A stretch of DNA of 64,000 nt. Source: Thermoproteota archaeon (GTDB lineage Archaea; Thermoproteota; Thermoprotei; Gearchaeales; Gearchaeaceae). The position numbers were made by a program, and so were the translations under genes. Shown here piece after piece: positions 19,359 through 30,241 of this stretch. The DNA is taken from contig JAVVGF010000002.1 in the NCBI GenBank assembly GCA_032249235.1, positions 96,001-160,000 on the forward strand, in the 5' to 3' direction. Within the stretch, counting starts at the first letter, position 1, and the number at the start of each line of letters is the position of its first letter. The notes beneath the pieces are model-generated. The model had not been told where the DNA came from and ran no database searches. It saw only the letters and a program-made list of their open reading frames with translations.

Positions 19359-20021
19359 TTAAATAGCTCTAAGAAAAAATTTTGGAACTTTTATCAATGA
19401 TGATGAAAAATGGTATAGTGGATTTGAGTGTCTGGCTTCTATCCTAATCCATCCATTCTTTATTCCTTTAAATAAATCTTCCTCAGAGATCGTATTTACT
19501 AAAATGTAATTAATGCCATTTCCGATTTCTTTAAGCAAATGTGCATCGCTCCCTGCAGTAATAGGTTTTTTTAGGGTCTCAGCAAGCTTAATAGCTTTAG
19601 AATTAGATATACTGAACGCTCTACAATTAAACCCTTCAATCGCACTAACTTTCTTTTCAACGATTTTAATGAAATCGTCGCTTAAATGATGTCTTACGTA
19701 AGGATGAGGTAATATTGTTAACCATTGATTTGAATATGCGATATCAATAATTTCATAGAAATTGTAATTTTTCAACTCCTCATCTATTCCAAGTATTATT
19801 AGATCCCCTGCATCTGTTTTAAGTTCAATTCCAGTTATTACCAAAATATTATACTGCTTTGAAAGTTTCTTGGCTTCTAAAGAACCCTTAATAGTATCGT
19901 GGTCTGTCACCGAAATCGCATTGATACCTTTTTTAAGAGCAGTTTTAATTATCTCGAGTGGCTTATTCAAAGAATCAAAAGAGTAATAAGAATGAATATG
20001 ATAATCAAAGGTTATTAGCAT
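19359..20021 (-). CDS. PHP-domain metal-dependent phosphoesterase
   Basis: DYHIHS, VTDHD, GIE, PHP and GSDAH. Confidence 0.9.
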   Translation of the reverse strand: MLITFDYHIHSYYSFDSLNKPLEIIKTALKKGINAISVTDHDTIKGSLEAKKLSKQYNILVITGIELKTDAGDLIILGIDEELKNYNFYEIIDIAYSNQWLTILPHPYVRHHLSDDFIKIVEKKVSAIEGFNCRAFSISNSKAIKLAETLKKPITAGSDAHLLKEIGNGINYILVNTISEEDLFKGIKNGWIRIEARHSNPLYHFSSSLIKVPKFFLRAI

Positions 20022-20059
20022 ACTAAAGGTTAAAACTATCTTTAGATTTATAATTGTTA

Positions 20060-21172
20060 ATGAAACTATTCGAATACGAGGCTAAAGAAATATTTAAAAA
20101 GTTTGGTATAAAAGTGCCAGAATACGGTTTGGCTAGCAATGTTGAAGAGGCAAAAAATATTGCAAAATCATTAGGCTATCCTGTAGTAATTAAGGCGCAA
20201 GTGCTTGTTGGAGGGAGAGGAAAAGCTGGAGGGATACAATTTGCTAAAGATGAACAGGAATTAATTGAAAAAACGAGATACGTATTGAATTTAGAAATAA
20301 AAGGAAATAAAGTAGAGAATGTCATAATTTCTAAGCTAGTTGAAATAAAAAAAGAAATGTATATAGCAATAATTGTTGATAGAAGTAACAAGGCTCCCTT
20401 AATTTTGGCTTCAAAAGAAGGAGGAATAGATATAGAAGAAATAGCAAAGGCTGATCCTTCTAAGATTCTTAGATTGAAAATAGATCCCTTCTTAGGAGTA
20501 AGGGAGTATCATTTAAGAAGATTGGAAAAATTCTTCGAAACTAAAGAAATATCTAGCATAGTTCTTTCAATGTTCGAAATATTTAAAAAATATGATTGTG
20601 AATTAGTAGAAATAAATCCCTTAGCTTTAAGCGATAAAAACGAACTAGTAGCTGTAGATGCGAAAATTATAATCGATGATTCTGCGCTTTTTAGACAAAA
20701 AGAATTCAAGAGCAGAACAGAAAAGGAATTGAATGAATTCGAACAAAAAGCTTTAGAAATAGGTTTCAATTATGTCGAAAGCGATGGAGATATTGGTATT
20801 ATAAGTAATGGAGCTGGCTTAACAATGGCAACTATGGATATAGTACAAATATACGGAGGTAAACCTGCGAATTTCCTCGATATAGGAGGAGGAGCTAGCG
20901 CAGATGTTGTATATAACGCTTTAATGCTTCAACTCAAACATCCAAGAACAAAAGGTATTCTAATAAATATAATGGGTGGAATAACTAGATGCGATGAAGT
21001 TGCAAAGGGTATAATCCGTGCATTGAAAGAATACAAAACTGATAAAAAAATAAGTATAAGAATCATGGGTACAAATGAGGAAGAGGGAAGAGCTTTGCTT
21101 GCAAAAGAAGGAATAAAACTGCATGATAGCATGGAAAGCGCCGCAAAAGAAATAGTTGAATTAACACGTTAA
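20060..21172 (+). CDS. sucC: Succinyl-CoA synthetase beta subunit
   Basis: [33 protein letters not shown] and NFLDIGGG. Confidence 0.96.
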   Translation: MKLFEYEAKEIFKKFGIKVPEYGLASNVEEAKNIAKSLGYPVVIKAQVLVGGRGKAGGIQFAKDEQELIEKTRYVLNLEIKGNKVENVIISKLVEIKKEMYIAIIVDRSNKAPLILASKEGGIDIEEIAKADPSKILRLKIDPFLGVREYHLRRLEKFFETKEISSIVLSMFEIFKKYDCELVEINPLALSDKNELVAVDAKIIIDDSALFRQKEFKSRTEKELNEFEQKALEIGFNYVESDGDIGIISNGAGLTMATMDIVQIYGGKPANFLDIGGGASADVVYNALMLQLKHPRTKGILINIMGGITRCDEVAKGIIRALKEYKTDKKISIRIMGTNEEEGRALLAKEGIKLHDSMESAAKEIVELTR

Positions 21173-21173
21173 C

Positions 21174-22046
21174 ATGGCAATATTAGTTAATTCGAATACC
21201 AAAGTTTTAGTTCAAGGAATAACTGGCAAACAAGGATCTTTTCATACAAAGCTCATGTTAGATTACGGCACAAAAGTACTTGCAGGAGTCACCCCAGGAA
21301 AAGGAGGCCAAACTGTGCATGGTATTCCAGTATATGATACAGTTGATGAAGCTATGAAAGAACATCCTGAGATAAATACCTCTATAGTTTTTGTTCCTGC
21401 ACAATTTGCAACCGAAGCTATCTTCGAAGCAATTAATGCTGGAATTAAATTAATCGTTGTAATAACTGAGAGAATACCTATGCATGACGAAATAATGTTT
21501 GTGAATTATGCAAGAGCAAAAGGTGCAACGATAATTGGTCCAAATTGTCCGGGAATAATATCTCCACCTTATTCAAAAGTAGGTATAATGCCAGGCCATG
21601 TATTTAAACCGGGTAGAATAGGGATAATTTCAAGAAGCGGAACATTAACTTATGAGGTAGCTTATCGCCTATCACAAAGAGGGCTAGGGATAAGCACAGC
21701 TGTAGGAATAGGAGGAGATGCAATAATAGGAACTGACTTCATTGAGATATATTCATTGTTTATGGAAGATAAAGATACAGATGCTATAGTTTTAATAGGA
21801 GAAATAGGAGGAGATCTTGAAGAAAGATTTGCACAATATTATTCTCAATTGAAAAATAAAAAACCAGTCGTAGCATTCATAGCTGGGAAATCAGCACCTG
21901 AAGGAAAAAGGATGGGGCATGCGGGCGCAATAATATCGATGGGAATGGGAAGCGCTCAATCAAAAATCGAAAGTTTCAAAAGGGCTAATATTTATGTTGC
22001 AGATTTTCTTAGTGATATCCCTAATATACTGGAGAAACTTGTTTAA
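21174..22046 (+). CDS. sucD: Succinyl-CoA synthetase alpha subunit
   Basis: VQGITG, GPNCPG, SRSGTL and RMGHAGA. Confidence 0.97.
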   Translation: MAILVNSNTKVLVQGITGKQGSFHTKLMLDYGTKVLAGVTPGKGGQTVHGIPVYDTVDEAMKEHPEINTSIVFVPAQFATEAIFEAINAGIKLIVVITERIPMHDEIMFVNYARAKGATIIGPNCPGIISPPYSKVGIMPGHVFKPGRIGIISRSGTLTYEVAYRLSQRGLGISTAVGIGGDAIIGTDFIEIYSLFMEDKDTDAIVLIGEIGGDLEERFAQYYSQLKNKKPVVAFIAGKSAPEGKRMGHAGAIISMGMGSAQSKIESFKRANIYVADFLSDIPNILEKLV

Positions 22047-22078
22047 GCTTTTTTTGAAATAAACAATAATTCTTATTA

Positions 22079-24028
22079 GTGACAAATTATCAGAGCGCAT
22101 TAGGAGTAGATATAGATCCTTCAGGTCTTAAAGACTTGAATCGTTTATACTCGATTGCGCTCGTTAAAGGAGAAGAAGTAGTTTTTACAGCAGAAAAAAT
22201 AACATACAAGGAATTATTAAGATATACACGAAAGTTTAAGCCTGATATATTAGCTACTGACAATGTTTTTGAATTAGCAAAGGATGAAATAGAAATAAAA
22301 AAGCTCGCATTTCTTTTGCCTGATAAAACGATACTGGTTCAAGTTACCGGAAATCCTTCAAATCCATTGGATACGTTAGTAAATATAGCTAAGACTAAAG
22401 GCATAGAAGTTAGCAATAAGCTTTCCCCTATAGAGACAGCGATATTGGCAGCTAAGCTAGCTCTAAAAGGAGAAGGATATAAGATAAAACTAAGAGAAGA
22501 CGAAACTTTTATTTTGGTAACTAAAGCAACTGAACCTTCTGCAGGGGGGATGAGCTTAAATAGATATAAGCGCAGGATTTACACTAATATTCTGCATGCG
22601 ATTTCTCATATCAAAAGCATTCTTACGAGTAATAATTTCCTATTTGACTTTTTCCCTTCCAAACATTCAAATGAAGGAGGAATATTCATAGTACAAGCAC
22701 AGAGAGAAATAGTTAAGCGATATATTAAACCTTATGAAGGATACGGAATTAGAATTAGAATTTTACCCGTTGTTAGAAATAGAATAATAACTAAAGAAGA
22801 AATTAGGAATATTTCAAGACCTTTGATTGTTGGATATGATCCTGGAATCACTGTAGGAATATGTGCAATGGATTTAAAGGGAAATATTTTGCTGCTTGAA
22901 AGTCTAAGATATGCAGGATTGGATGAAATCAGAGAAAAGATTGCAAGAATAGGAAATCCTGTAATAATAGCTACAGATAAGGCAACGATTTCTGCTATGA
23001 TAAATAAGCTTGCAGCAACATTTAATGCAGAAATTTGGAAACCTCAAAGGGATTTATCGATTGAAGAAAAGAAGAGCATTGCAAGAGATTTCATCGAAGA
23101 AATAAAATATGAAGAAATAAAATTAGATACTCACAAAAGAGATTCTTTGGCAGCGGCAATTCTTGCTTTCAGAAAATATTATCCAATTTATCAATCGATC
23201 GAAAGAGAATTGAAAGAAAGAAATATTGAGCACATCAACCCTCAAACAGTATTCGAGAAAGTAATAAAAACAAAGAGAAATATCAAGGAAATAATTAACG
23301 AAATAAAAGAAATGAGTGAAAAAAGCGAAGAAGTTATCCTACAGGAACCAAAGCAAGAAGTATGGAAAAACGAAGTAGATAAAATCAAAAAGCAATTGGA
23401 AGAAACTAAAAGATTACTAAAGGCACTTCAAAGCATTATAGATGAGAAAAACCAAAAAATCTCTGAACTTAGCGAAAAAATAGAAAGATTGAAAAATGAG
23501 GAAAGGCTAAAAATCAAAGCAAGCAATGAAATTGTAGTATTAAAACAAAAAGTAGATGCTTTAACAGAGGAAAATAAAAGACTGTTGAAAGAAATTGAAA
23601 AACATAAGGAAGAATTAAATAACATCTACAAAGCATTTGAAATGCTCTACATGAATAAGGCTGAAATTCTAAAAAAGGAAAGTATAGAAGAAATTCAAGA
23701 GTCAAATAACAAAGATATAAGATGCTTTGATTCAATCCCAAGATTAGAAGTCAAAGAACTTAACCTCTTAATTAAGAGCAAATTGAAAGCGATAATTTAC
23801 AGGGATAAAGCTGATGAGTTTAGCTTAAATTATTTAGAGAAGAATGACATTTTTGTAATTAAGTTAGATGAGCTTCCTTATATTGAAATCGACAAATTCA
23901 TCATTGTAGATAAAGCAGCTTTACAAAACTTAATAACTTTGAAGAAAAAAGCGCGCAAAGAAGTTAATAAAGAAGAAAGGGAGAAGATAGCTAAGCTATT
24001 TGAAGAATACAGAAAGTTGAAGATTTAA
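22079..24028 (+). CDS. DUF460 family protein (RNase H-like domain + coiled coil)
   Basis: ILATDNVFEL, GGMS..RY.R, IVGYDPG, H.RDSLAAA and a long coiled coil. Confidence 0.82.
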   Translation: MTNYQSALGVDIDPSGLKDLNRLYSIALVKGEEVVFTAEKITYKELLRYTRKFKPDILATDNVFELAKDEIEIKKLAFLLPDKTILVQVTGNPSNPLDTLVNIAKTKGIEVSNKLSPIETAILAAKLALKGEGYKIKLREDETFILVTKATEPSAGGMSLNRYKRRIYTNILHAISHIKSILTSNNFLFDFFPSKHSNEGGIFIVQAQREIVKRYIKPYEGYGIRIRILPVVRNRIITKEEIRNISRPLIVGYDPGITVGICAMDLKGNILLLESLRYAGLDEIREKIARIGNPVIIATDKATISAMINKLAATFNAEIWKPQRDLSIEEKKSIARDFIEEIKYEEIKLDTHKRDSLAAAILAFRKYYPIYQSIERELKERNIEHINPQTVFEKVIKTKRNIKEIINEIKEMSEKSEEVILQEPKQEVWKNEVDKIKKQLEETKRLLKALQSIIDEKNQKISELSEKIERLKNEERLKIKASNEIVVLKQKVDALTEENKRLLKEIEKHKEELNNIYKAFEMLYMNKAEILKKESIEEIQESNNKDIRCFDSIPRLEVKELNLLIKSKLKAIIYRDKADEFSLNYLEKNDIFVIKLDELPYIEIDKFIIVDKAALQNLITLKKKARKEVNKEEREKIAKLFEEYRKLKI

Positions 24029-24050
24029 ACCCCTAATCTTTAGGTATTGT

Positions 24051-24455
24051 ATGAAGTATGTTTACACAAATGACTGGGAAAATTTCAAAAAGGCACTGGA
24101 TCTAAAAAAAGAGAGAGTTGTTTTCTATAATATAGATAAAAACAAAAGAACAATTCAAGTAAAATTTATAGCAGATGGCATAGTATATGTGTATTCCAGC
24201 AAACCTGATGAATTTCCTTTCGAATGTGGTATCATAGAAGAAGTTCCCGAAGAAATAACCAAATTAACCAAAGCAGAAGTTATTCGAAACAACATTTTCG
24301 GAAAAGAAATAACCTATTTAATTGGTGCACAAAAAATTAGAGGTTTCAATATGTGGTGCATCTATAGTGATTTCTCAAGAACTATCAAGGAAGAACTGAA
24401 TAAAATATTCAGCGATTACATATTAATTGAAGGTGATATCAAGGAATCAGACTAA
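24051..24455 (+). CDS. Hypothetical protein
   Basis: 134-aa ORF with ATG start and genome-like codon usage. Confidence 0.6.
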   Translation: MKYVYTNDWENFKKALDLKKERVVFYNIDKNKRTIQVKFIADGIVYVYSSKPDEFPFECGIIEEVPEEITKLTKAEVIRNNIFGKEITYLIGAQKIRGFNMWCIYSDFSRTIKEELNKIFSDYILIEGDIKESD

Positions 24456-24710
24456 AACAGAAGGAGGTACGCTGATATATAAGATATTGTTTCCACGAAC
24501 CAAAATTTTTCCATATTTAATTTTTGTCTCACCATTACTGTTTAATTCCTCAGCTTCATCTAAGATCAGATTCATATTTTGGTCAGCACTTATTAAAATC
24601 CCCCTATATTGAGTATTGTCCTTCAAATAGACAGTTATCGTGTCATTAATACACCTAAACATTAATTTTAACGGAGTAAGTTGCTCGCTTGAAGATAGTT
24701 TTGTTGCCAT
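24447..24710 (-). CDS. Sm-like archaeal protein (LSm/SmAP)
   Basis: Sm1 (V.LKD...Y.G.L...DQNMNLIL) and Sm2 (ILVRGNNI). Confidence 0.92.
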   Translation of the reverse strand: MATKLSSSEQLTPLKLMFRCINDTITVYLKDNTQYRGILISADQNMNLILDEAEELNSNGETKIKYGKILVRGNNILYISVPPSVLV

Positions 24711-24786
24711 TCTACAATAAAAAGGCAATATTACATATAAACTTAAGCAAAAATACTCTTTTATATCGATTTTTAATTATAGTGTG

Positions 24787-25740
24787 ATGAAAGAAAAAGG
24801 TATATCATTAAGAGATGTTGAAGGAATAGGTCCTGCTACAGAAGCTAAATTAAAGGAGGCTGGTTATCTAACAGTTGAATCATTAGCTTTTGCTTCTGCA
24901 AAAGAAATTGAGGAAGCTACTGGATTGAGTTATGAAAAAGCTTTAGAAATTACAGAAAATGCTAGAAAGCTACTAGGCATAGGCTTTATCACAGCAGAAG
25001 AATATTACAAGAAAAGACAGGATATAGGTTACATAACGACAGGAAGTAAGGCACTTGATAATTTGTTAGGTGGAGGAATAGAAACACAAGCTATCACCGA
25101 ACTTATTGGAGAATTTGGTACAGGAAAAACTCAACTTTGCCATCAACTTGCTGTTAATGTTCAACTGCCAAAAGATAAAGGAGGATTGGGAGCAAATGCT
25201 GTTTACATAGATACTGAAGGAACTTTTAGACCTGAAAGAATTATTCAAATCGCTAACTATATGAAATTAGATCCTGCAGAAACTTTAAAAAGAATATACT
25301 ACACAAGAGCATATAATAGCGACCATCAAATATTAATCGTTGAAGAATTGATTGAGAAAATGCCAAAATTCAATGCAAGACTTGTGATAATTGATAGCAT
25401 AGTAAGTCATTTTAGAAGTGAATATCCAGGAAGAGAAAATCTTGTTGTGAGACAACAAAGACTTAATAAACATATTCATGATCTACATAGAATTGCCAAC
25501 CTTTACAATGCAGCAATAGTGGTAACTAACCAAATAGTCGCTGCACCCGATGTGTTTTTTGGGAATCCAAACAGGCCCGTTGGAGGAAATATCGTGGCTC
25601 ATGGTTGTACATATCGTTTGATGCTAAGGAAAGGTAGAGAAAATCAAAGAATCGTGAAGATATTTGATTCTCCAATACATCCTGAGAGTGAAACAGTATT
25701 TCTAATTCACGAAGGAGGAATAAAAGACGTAGAAGGCTAA
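24787..25740 (+). CDS. radA: DNA repair and recombination protein RadA
   Basis: N-terminal HhH, GFITA polymerisation motif, GEFGTGKT, YIDTEGTF and GGNIVAH. Confidence 0.97.
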   Translation: MKEKGISLRDVEGIGPATEAKLKEAGYLTVESLAFASAKEIEEATGLSYEKALEITENARKLLGIGFITAEEYYKKRQDIGYITTGSKALDNLLGGGIETQAITELIGEFGTGKTQLCHQLAVNVQLPKDKGGLGANAVYIDTEGTFRPERIIQIANYMKLDPAETLKRIYYTRAYNSDHQILIVEELIEKMPKFNARLVIIDSIVSHFRSEYPGRENLVVRQQRLNKHIHDLHRIANLYNAAIVVTNQIVAAPDVFFGNPNRPVGGNIVAHGCTYRLMLRKGRENQRIVKIFDSPIHPESETVFLIHEGGIKDVEG

Positions 25741-25979
25741 GCTTTTCTCCTTAGGAAAAAGAAATTAATTATTAGCAATAGTATTGTGAGTACTACAAGA
25801 AATATTAACAATATTTCTCCATATTTTCCGAAGCTACCTGCAATAGGTATGAAGAATATTGTTATTACAAAAGCTCCTGAAGTTTCGATATTAGGAAAGT
25901 AAAGAAGAAGGGCTAAAAATAATGCTAAAAAGCCTATTAAAATTAACAAAAAACCTAAAAGAAATAACTTGTCCACCAT
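25737..25979 (-). CDS. DUF131/TIGR00304-like small membrane protein
   Basis: Two TM segments around SGAFVITIFFIPIAGSFG. Confidence 0.6.
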   Translation of the reverse strand: MVDKLFLLGFLLILIGFLALFLALLLYFPNIETSGAFVITIFFIPIAGSFGKYGEILLIFLVVLTILLLIINFFFLRRKA

Positions 25980-26230
25980 ATCAATGCAAGGAAAGTTATA
26001 GCTACTATAATTCCTACTATTAACAACGCATATGCAAGTTTCTTATTCGACGCTATAACTATAGGCAAAGGTCCTATTAGAACAAAGATCCCACCTTCCG
26101 TCTTTGAATAAGGTTGTTCTTTTCTTTTAAGGAATGCGTAAAATAACAATATCAAGAACCCAACAAAGATCAATAATACTGCCAAAAGGAAAACTAATCC
26201 GCCTAAGCTGATTAATGATAAGTAGCTCAT
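25955..26230 (-). CDS. DUF131/TIGR00304 family membrane protein
   Basis: EGGIFVLIGPLPIV signature between two TM segments. Confidence 0.75.
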   Translation of the reverse strand: MSYLSLISLGGLVFLLAVLLIFVGFLILLFYAFLKRKEQPYSKTEGGIFVLIGPLPIVIASNKKLAYALLIVGIIVAITFLALIWWTSYFF

Positions 26231-26234
26231 ACAA

Positions 26235-26933
26235 TCATATATTTCCTAATCTCTCCTCAAAAATTTTATTTACTTTTTCATATTCCTCCATATTTCCTAA
26301 ATCATAATACTCGCCTTTCATATGATATACAAAAACATTTCTCTTTGAAGCGATTAGAAGCTTAGCTAATTCATTCATTTGCATAATATCGCTTTTTAAA
26401 TAATCAAAAATTACAGGTTCAGCTACATAGATGCCTGAATTGATCCTTATCATCAAGCTAGGTTTTTCAGTCCATTCAGTTAATCTTCCTTCTTTATCAT
26501 TGGTTATTACTCCATATTTGATAGGCAAGGATATTTCAGTAGTTGCAATAGTTAGATCAGATTTTTTGCTTTTATGATATGTTATCATGTCTTTTAAATC
26601 GAAATTTGAAATAACATCAGAATAGCATATTACAAACGTATCCTTCATCCTATCTTTTAGAACGCTAAGTTGGCCTGCAGTTCCTAGTGGTTTAGAATAA
26701 ATAAATTCGATGTTAGAGTATTTGTCCTTCAAATATAGCTCAATTAATCTACCAAAATCTGAAAGTATAATTTTAATAGTTTTGATATCATTTTTTAAGA
26801 ACCAATCAATTATATGTTCAATTATTGACCTATCGCCTAATCTCAATAAAGGTTTAGGCAGTGTATAGCTAAGAGGTTTCATTCTTCTCCCGATCCCTGC
26901 TGCTAAAATTACGGCTTCCATATTTTTATTCAA
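26235..26933 (-). CDS. Sugar-phosphate nucleotidyltransferase
   Basis: VILAAGIGRRM.P...PKPL, LGTAG, EKP and DLG. Confidence 0.88.
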   Translation of the reverse strand: MNKNMEAVILAAGIGRRMKPLSYTLPKPLLRLGDRSIIEHIIDWFLKNDIKTIKIILSDFGRLIELYLKDKYSNIEFIYSKPLGTAGQLSVLKDRMKDTFVICYSDVISNFDLKDMITYHKSKKSDLTIATTEISLPIKYGVITNDKEGRLTEWTEKPSLMIRINSGIYVAEPVIFDYLKSDIMQMNELAKLLIASKRNVFVYHMKGEYYDLGNMEEYEKVNKIFEERLGNI

Positions 26934-26948
26934 CTATAATCCATAATA

Positions 26949-27680
26949 TTGTTGAAAATATTGGTCATAAGAAGATACAACGTAGATGAAATAAATAACA
27001 TAGCAAAAAAGATAAAAATTATACCTACAGGCTCTGCTTCACTAGATAAGTTACTTGAAGGAGGATTTAGAAATTATTCAATTGTGGAAATTTATGGAGC
27101 TTCAGGTTCAGGAAAGACTAGATTAATTCATCAATTGCTTTTAACTGCATCGATCAAACTAGTTAGTGAAAACGTTTATTTAATCGATAATGAAGGGAGT
27201 TTTAGACCCAATGTATTGGAGGATATAGGTAGTAGATTTTCACAATTCAACAAAGATCTTTTAAATAGAATTTATATCTCAAGACCAATAACAGTTGAAC
27301 AGTTCATCGAGGCATTACAATACCTCGAAGCTTTAAAAGCAAAGTTTATAGCGATAGATACGCTGGTCACACATTTACGCCATCTAACGATGAAAGAATA
27401 CACTTCATATTTGAAAGAGATTCTACTTAAATTACGATCCTTAGCAAATAATGGTTCATTTATAATATTTACTAATCAAGTGACTACAAAAGAAAATGCT
27501 TTATTACCGGTAGGAAGTAAAATGATAGATTATGTTGTCGATTATAAATTAAATCTTGAAAGAATTGAAAATAGAATAAAATGCACAATAGAGAAACCTC
27601 TTCCAAAAAGAAGCGAAACGTTCAGAATCACAAGTAAAGGGTTTATAGGTTACAGCGAAAGAATTAAATATGAAATATAA
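26949..27680 (+). CDS. RadA paralog (RadB-like, no N-terminal domain)
   Basis: TGS..LD.LL.GG, GASGSGKT, IDNEGSF and FTNQV. Confidence 0.82.
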   Translation: MLKILVIRRYNVDEINNIAKKIKIIPTGSASLDKLLEGGFRNYSIVEIYGASGSGKTRLIHQLLLTASIKLVSENVYLIDNEGSFRPNVLEDIGSRFSQFNKDLLNRIYISRPITVEQFIEALQYLEALKAKFIAIDTLVTHLRHLTMKEYTSYLKEILLKLRSLANNGSFIIFTNQVTTKENALLPVGSKMIDYVVDYKLNLERIENRIKCTIEKPLPKRSETFRITSKGFIGYSERIKYEI

Positions 27681-28041
27681 TTTAAGGGATGTTCTCATTG
27701 AAGTATTGAAAAACAAAAAGTTAGATTCTGAATTTTTGAATAACTTAAAAAAAGATAACGCATTAAGCTTAGAAGAAAAGGGCTATTTAGCATTTATTGA
27801 AGGACTTTTAAATTATTGGAAAGACCCGAATTATAGAATTTTTAAAAATAGCCTCTATAAAATAGTCCTCATTGATAAGAACTATGAGAAACTCAGGTAT
27901 TTAATGGAAATTAGATTTTATGATGATCCATGGATAGTCGGTTTCAAGAAGGCATTAAGAGATGCGATTGAATTCTTAACCCCAAATACCGATAGCATTG
28001 ATTATAGTAGCAGTAAACCCGTAGAAAAAAATCCACCCTAA
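27670..28041 (+). CDS. Hypothetical protein
   Basis: 123-aa ORF coupled to the RadA paralog. Confidence 0.55.
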   Translation: MKYNLRDVLIEVLKNKKLDSEFLNNLKKDNALSLEEKGYLAFIEGLLNYWKDPNYRIFKNSLYKIVLIDKNYEKLRYLMEIRFYDDPWIVGFKKALRDAIEFLTPNTDSIDYSSSKPVEKNPP

Positions 28042-28293
28042 AATATATACGCCTATACCATGTGTCGTTGGAGGATCAGCTTTATTTTTCAATACAACGC
28101 TTCGCATATAACTATTTGATAATAAATAGAATAAGATAACTAAGATAATTGAAAATGTGCCTAGTTGAGGCGGAATTAAACCGCTTAATATACCTGCTAA
28201 TGAACCGAATAAGAAACGTAAATAGTATAGTTTATCTAAAGTTTTATCATCTAATCTCTCTTGTGTCTTAGGAGATGGCTTTTTCGAAGACAT
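27976..28293 (-). CDS. Small three-TM membrane protein, EMC6/Rab5ip-like
   Basis: LYYLRFLFGSLAGILSGL, a second TM, then GIGVYILGWIFFY. Pattern resembles the EMC6 family. Confidence 0.6.
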   Translation of the reverse strand: MSSKKPSPKTQERLDDKTLDKLYYLRFLFGSLAGILSGLIPPQLGTFSIILVILFYLLSNSYMRSVVLKNKADPPTTHGIGVYILGWIFFYGFTATIINAIGIWG

Positions 28294-30218
28294 CGTTAAA
28301 CACTCTTGATATCTTATCGCTAGTGAAATCTATAAAGAATATGTTAATATATTCTTTTTTATCGAAGGCTTATTTAACTAACCTAGGGTTAATACTAAGA
28401 CTGAGAAAAGAAGATCAAGATTATTTATTATTAATAGATCCTGAAGGTTGGTTTTTCCTTACAAAATATTTGCCAGAAGAAACTATTTCGAACGAATTCA
28501 TAAGAATGATTAGAAAAATGTTAGAGGGTAAAAAAATTATAGACATCGCAACTCCATACTTTGATCGCTACATAAGAATTGATTTTGAAAATGATCTTTC
28601 GCTGCATATTGAGTTTATGCGTGGAGGAAATATAGTTTTAACAGAAAAAGGAATTGTTAAAACAGATTACAAACTTGATAGAAAAAGATTTAAAGTTAAC
28701 TCACAGTATACTTTGCCTACATTAAATAAATACAATCCTTATGAACTCAACATTGAAGATATAATTACTGAATTGTTAAGTTCGAAAGGTAATTTAATAG
28801 CGTCTTTATGGAAAATCTTAGGTATACCGCCAGAAATATCAAATGAAGCTTGTTATGAATTAAACATAGATAAAAATCTATTGCCAAAAAATTTTGAAAA
28901 AGAAAAACTTACAATTCTTCTTAACAAGATTAAAGAATTGATAGATAATTATTTAAAGAGTTCGAACCCTATAATAGTGCTTGATTCTAATCAACAATAC
29001 GAGACTGTACTTAATAACGATTTAAAAATTTTTAGCGAATACAATAAAATCTTTTTTGAAAACTTTAACAAAGCTATAGAAGAATACTTTTTAAAATATA
29101 AAGAATATAAGATAAAACATGAAGAAATGAAGGAAAAAGAAAAAGTATTTGAGAAAAAAGTCAAATTGATTGAAGAATTAAAATCTACAATAAATTCTTT
29201 AAACGAAGAAAACAAAAAAATTAAAGAATTCATAGATTATTTAAACTCAAATTATGATCTTTATGATAATATATTCAAAAAGATTCAAGAAAAAATTAAT
29301 AATAAAGATTGGGAGAGTGTAAAAGAGATAATAAATAACGAGCTTAGAATTAAACTCCCAATCGATGAAATAGATTTGAAGTCTAAAAAGATAAGACTAA
29401 ACTATAAGGAAACATCGATTTATTTAGATTTATTAAAAAATTTATATGAAAATATTAATGAGTTATATAGTAAAATCAAAGAGAACAAACGAAAAATAAA
29501 TAAAATTGAGAATAAATTAATTGAACTGAAAGAAACAGAAGAAATAAAAGAAAGTAAAGTAATAAAATTGAAAGAAATCACAAGAAAGTATTGGTATGAA
29601 AATTATCTATGGTTTATCACAACTTCTGGAATTCTTGCTGTTGCTGGCAGAGATAGTTCGCAAAATGAATCGCTTATAAAGAAAAGGATCGAAGAAGAAG
29701 ATCTAGTGTTTCATGCTGATATTCATGGTTCACCTTTTTTATTATTGAAAGCTAAAGGTAAGAATGTAAGCGATAAAGATATATTTGAAGCTGCTCAATT
29801 TGTAGCTTCTTATTCAAGTGCTTGGAAGGGAGGTCTCAGAGCAGTTGATGTATACTGGGTAAAGCCTGAACAGGTTTCTAAACAAGCTCCCTCGGGAACA
29901 TATTTGCCCAAGGGATCGTTTATGATTTATGGAAAAAAGAATTACGTTAAAAATGTTCCATTAGAGCTAGCTATCGTCATAGATGAAAATAAAAATCTTA
30001 TAATATTACCTTCGGCGCGTGTAGAGGAAAGACAAAAGATAATTTTAGTACCAGGAATTATGGAAAAAGAAAAAGTTATAGAAAAAATTATGAAAATATT
30101 GAAAGAAGCGAACATTGAATTTGACGAAAAGCAAGCAAGAGAGTTTCTAAATAGAAACTTGCCAAAAGGAGGCTTTGATATATTGAAAAATACTTTCATG
30201 CTTACAAAAAATAAATAA
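28275..30218 (+). CDS. rqcH: Ribosome quality control factor Rqc2/NEMF (NFACT family)
   Basis: FDR, EFMRGGN, coiled coil, WYE.Y.WF, AGRD..QNE, FHADIHG and G.YLPKGSFMI. Confidence 0.92.
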   Translation: MAFSKTSLNTLDILSLVKSIKNMLIYSFLSKAYLTNLGLILRLRKEDQDYLLLIDPEGWFFLTKYLPEETISNEFIRMIRKMLEGKKIIDIATPYFDRYIRIDFENDLSLHIEFMRGGNIVLTEKGIVKTDYKLDRKRFKVNSQYTLPTLNKYNPYELNIEDIITELLSSKGNLIASLWKILGIPPEISNEACYELNIDKNLLPKNFEKEKLTILLNKIKELIDNYLKSSNPIIVLDSNQQYETVLNNDLKIFSEYNKIFFENFNKAIEEYFLKYKEYKIKHEEMKEKEKVFEKKVKLIEELKSTINSLNEENKKIKEFIDYLNSNYDLYDNIFKKIQEKINNKDWESVKEIINNELRIKLPIDEIDLKSKKIRLNYKETSIYLDLLKNLYENINELYSKIKENKRKINKIENKLIELKETEEIKESKVIKLKEITRKYWYENYLWFITTSGILAVAGRDSSQNESLIKKRIEEEDLVFHADIHGSPFLLLKAKGKNVSDKDIFEAAQFVASYSSAWKGGLRAVDVYWVKPEQVSKQAPSGTYLPKGSFMIYGKKNYVKNVPLELAIVIDENKNLIILPSARVEERQKIILVPGIMEKEKVIEKIMKILKEANIEFDEKQAREFLNRNLPKGGFDILKNTFMLTKNK

Positions 30219-30241
30219 TTGCCTTGCGTAATATGCTTAGT

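Noticed and set aside
22079-24028. SMC-like or ESCRT-like protein suggested by long coiled coils (also 58561-59460)
   Set aside because: No Walker or SMC signature motifs; both fit common archaeal families (DUF460, COG1340-like).
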